DNA of 64,000 nucleotides from NCBI RefSeq assembly GCF_053078305.1, contig NZ_CP166879.1; one strand, 5' to 3'. Shown piece by piece: positions 62,119 to 64,000 of this stretch (position 1 is its first letter; each line of letters starts with the position of its first letter). The notes under the pieces were generated by a model. It saw only the letters and a program-made list of their open reading frames with translations, ran no database searches and was not told where the DNA came from. The position numbers and the translations under genes were made by a program.

Positions 62119-63657
62119 ATGCAACAACCTGTAGTTCGCGTTGGCGAATGGCTTGTTACTCCGTCCATAAACCAAATTAGCCGCAATGGGCGTCAACTTA
62201 CCCTTGAGCCGAGATTAATCGACCTTCTGGTTTTCTTTGCTCAACACAGTGGCGAAGTACTTAGCAGGGATGAACTTATCGATAATGTCTGGAAGAGAAG
62301 TATTGTCACCAATCACGTTGTGACACAGAGTATCTCAGAACTACGTAAGTCATTAAAAGATAATGATGAAGATAGTCCTGTCTATATCGCTACTGTACCA
62401 AAGCGCGGCTATAAATTAATGGTGCCGGTTATCTGGTACAGCGAAGAAGAGGGAGAGGAAATAATGCTATCTTCGCCTCCCCCTATACCAGAGGCGGTTC
62501 CTGCCACAGATTCTCCCTCCCACAGTCTTAACATTCAAAACACCGCAACGCCACCTGAACAATCCCCAGTTAAAAGCAAACGATTCACTACCTTTTGGGT
62601 ATGGTTTTTTTTCCTGTTGTCCTTAGGTATCTGTGTAGCACTGGTAGCGTTTTCAAGTCTTGATACACGTCTTCCGATGAGCAAATCGCGTATTTTGCTC
62701 AATCCACGCGATATTGACATTAATATGGTAAATAAAAGTTGTAACAGCTGGAGTTCCCCGTATCAGCTCTCTTACGCGATAGGCGTGGGTGATTTGGTGG
62801 CGACATCACTTAACACCTTCTCCACCTTTATGGTGCATGACAAAATCAACTACAACATTGATGAACCGAGCAGTTCCGGTAAAACATTATCTATTGCGTT
62901 TGTTAATCAGCGCCAATACCGTGCTCAACAATGCTTTATGTCGATAAAATTAGTAGACAATGCAGATGGTTCAACCATGCTGGATAAACGTTATGTCATC
63001 ACTAACGGTAATCAGCTGGCGATTCAAAATGATTTACTGGAGAGTTTATCAAAAGCGTTAAACCAACCGTGGCCACAACGAATGCAGGAGACGCTCCAGC
63101 AAATTTTGCCTCATCGTGGTGCGTTATTAACTAATTTTTATCAGGCACATGATTATTTACTGCATGGCGATGATAAATCATTGAACCGTGCCAGTGAATT
63201 ATTAGGTGAGATTGTTCAATCATCCCCAGAATTTACCTACGCGAGAGCAGAAAAAGCATTAGTTGATATCGTGCGCCATTCTCAACATCCTTTAGATGAA
63301 AAACAATTAGCAGCACTGAACACAGAAATAGATAACATTGTTACACTACCGGAATTGAATAACCTGTCCATTATATATCAAATAAAAGCGGTCAGTGCTC
63401 TGGTAAAAGGTAAAACAGATGAGTCTTACCAGGCGATAAATACTGGCATTGATCTTGAAATGTCCTGGCTAAATTATGTATTGCTTGGCAAGGTTTATGA
63501 AATGAAGGGGATGAACCGGGAAGCAGCTGATGCATATCTCACCGCCTTTAATTTACGCCCAGGGGCAAACACCCTTTACTGGATTGAAAATGGTATATTC
63601 CAGACTTCTGTTCCTTATGTTGTACCTTATCTCGACAAATTTCTCGCTTCAGAATAA
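62119..63657 (+). CDS. cadC: CadC, membrane-integrated transcriptional activator of cadBA (ToxR-like)
   Basis: 512 aa; N-terminal winged-helix domain (MQQPVVRVGEWLVTPSINQISRNGRQLTLEPRLIDLL...), single TM helix, periplasmic sensor domain; matches E. coli CadC as I recall it. Confidence 0.9.
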   Translation: MQQPVVRVGEWLVTPSINQISRNGRQLTLEPRLIDLLVFFAQHSGEVLSRDELIDNVWKRSIVTNHVVTQSISELRKSLKDNDEDSPVYIATVPKRGYKLMVPVIWYSEEEGEEIMLSSPPPIPEAVPATDSPSHSLNIQNTATPPEQSPVKSKRFTTFWVWFFFLLSLGICVALVAFSSLDTRLPMSKSRILLNPRDIDINMVNKSCNSWSSPYQLSYAIGVGDLVATSLNTFSTFMVHDKINYNIDEPSSSGKTLSIAFVNQRQYRAQQCFMSIKLVDNADGSTMLDKRYVITNGNQLAIQNDLLESLSKALNQPWPQRMQETLQQILPHRGALLTNFYQAHDYLLHGDDKSLNRASELLGEIVQSSPEFTYARAEKALVDIVRHSQHPLDEKQLAALNTEIDNIVTLPELNNLSIIYQIKAVSALVKGKTDESYQAINTGIDLEMSWLNYVLLGKVYEMKGMNREAADAYLTAFNLRPGANTLYWIENGIFQTSVPYVVPYLDKFLASE

Positions 63658-64000
63658 GTAACTCCCGGGTTGATTCATGCTAGGGAATATTTGTTGTTGA
63701 GTTTTTGTATGTTCCTGTTGGTATAATATGTTGCGGCAATTTATTTGCCGCATAATTTTTATTACATAAATTTAACCAGAAGACGTCACGCAATCTATTG
63801 TAAACATTGAATGTTTATCTTTTCATGATATCAACTTGCGATCCTGATGTGTTAATAAAAAACCTCAAGTTCTCACTTACAGAAACTTTTGTGTTATTTC
63901 ACCTAATCTTTAGGATTAATCCTTTTTTCGTGAGTAATCTTATCGCCAGTTTGGTCTGGTCAGGAAATAGTTATACATCATGACCCGGACTCCAAATTCA
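63658..64000 (+). promoter_or_regulatory. cadC-cadB intergenic region containing the cadBA promoter (Pcad) and expected CadC binding sites
   Basis: AT-rich non-coding DNA after cadC; no long ORF; cadB is expected to start just beyond the window end. Confidence 0.45.

Noticed and set aside
1-64000. CRISPR arrays, rRNA genes, intact tRNA genes, IS transposases
   Set aside because: No regularly spaced direct repeats, no rRNA-like or complete cloverleaf-compatible sequence, and no transposase-like ORF were seen by eye; a computational scan (tRNAscan, ISfinder) would be needed to exclude them fully.

Overview
This window reads as the cadC-proximal end of a large, mosaic pheU-associated genomic island in an Escherichia coli-type chromosome. 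Family and gene assignments rest on motif and architecture recognition from the translated ORFs; no database search was run, so names are recalled, not verified. From left to right: (1) 1-22.3 kb, a minus-strand type VI secretion cluster (tssB, tssC, tssK, tssL, tagL-like, hcp, clpV, vgrG, DUF2235 lipase effector, lipoprotein immunity, PAAR, tssM, tssA) with an intergenic region upstream carrying three GATC sites, resembling the EAEC sci-1 arrangement. (2) 22.5-24.4 kb, four unassigned ORFs. (3) 24.5-37.7 kb, an AT-rich siderophore-microcin island: export genes mchF/mchE, maturation genes mchC/mchD, microcin H47 precursor mchB with immunity mchI, IroB-like glycosyltransferase mchA, IroD-like esterase mchS1, and two further double-glycine-leader, serine-tailed precursors each with an adjacent putative immunity gene. 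(4) 38-46 kb, a degenerate CP4-like module with two alpA-like regulators, two YagK/YfjJ-like proteins and a cysteine-rich protein. (5) 47-61.2 kb, a CP4-44-like module: yeeP-like GTPase, antigen 43 (flu) with its three-GATC switch region, yeeR-like membrane protein, DUF932, antirestriction, radC-like, yeeT, cbeA/cbtA, yeeW-like, DUF4942 and parDE. (6) A 19-nt tRNA-Phe 3' remnant at 61484-61502, then core cadC and the start of the cadBA control region. The most interesting candidate is the precursor/immunity pair at 26490-26979, which does not match the microcin sequences I can recall. No CRISPR array, rRNA, intact tRNA or transposase was seen.
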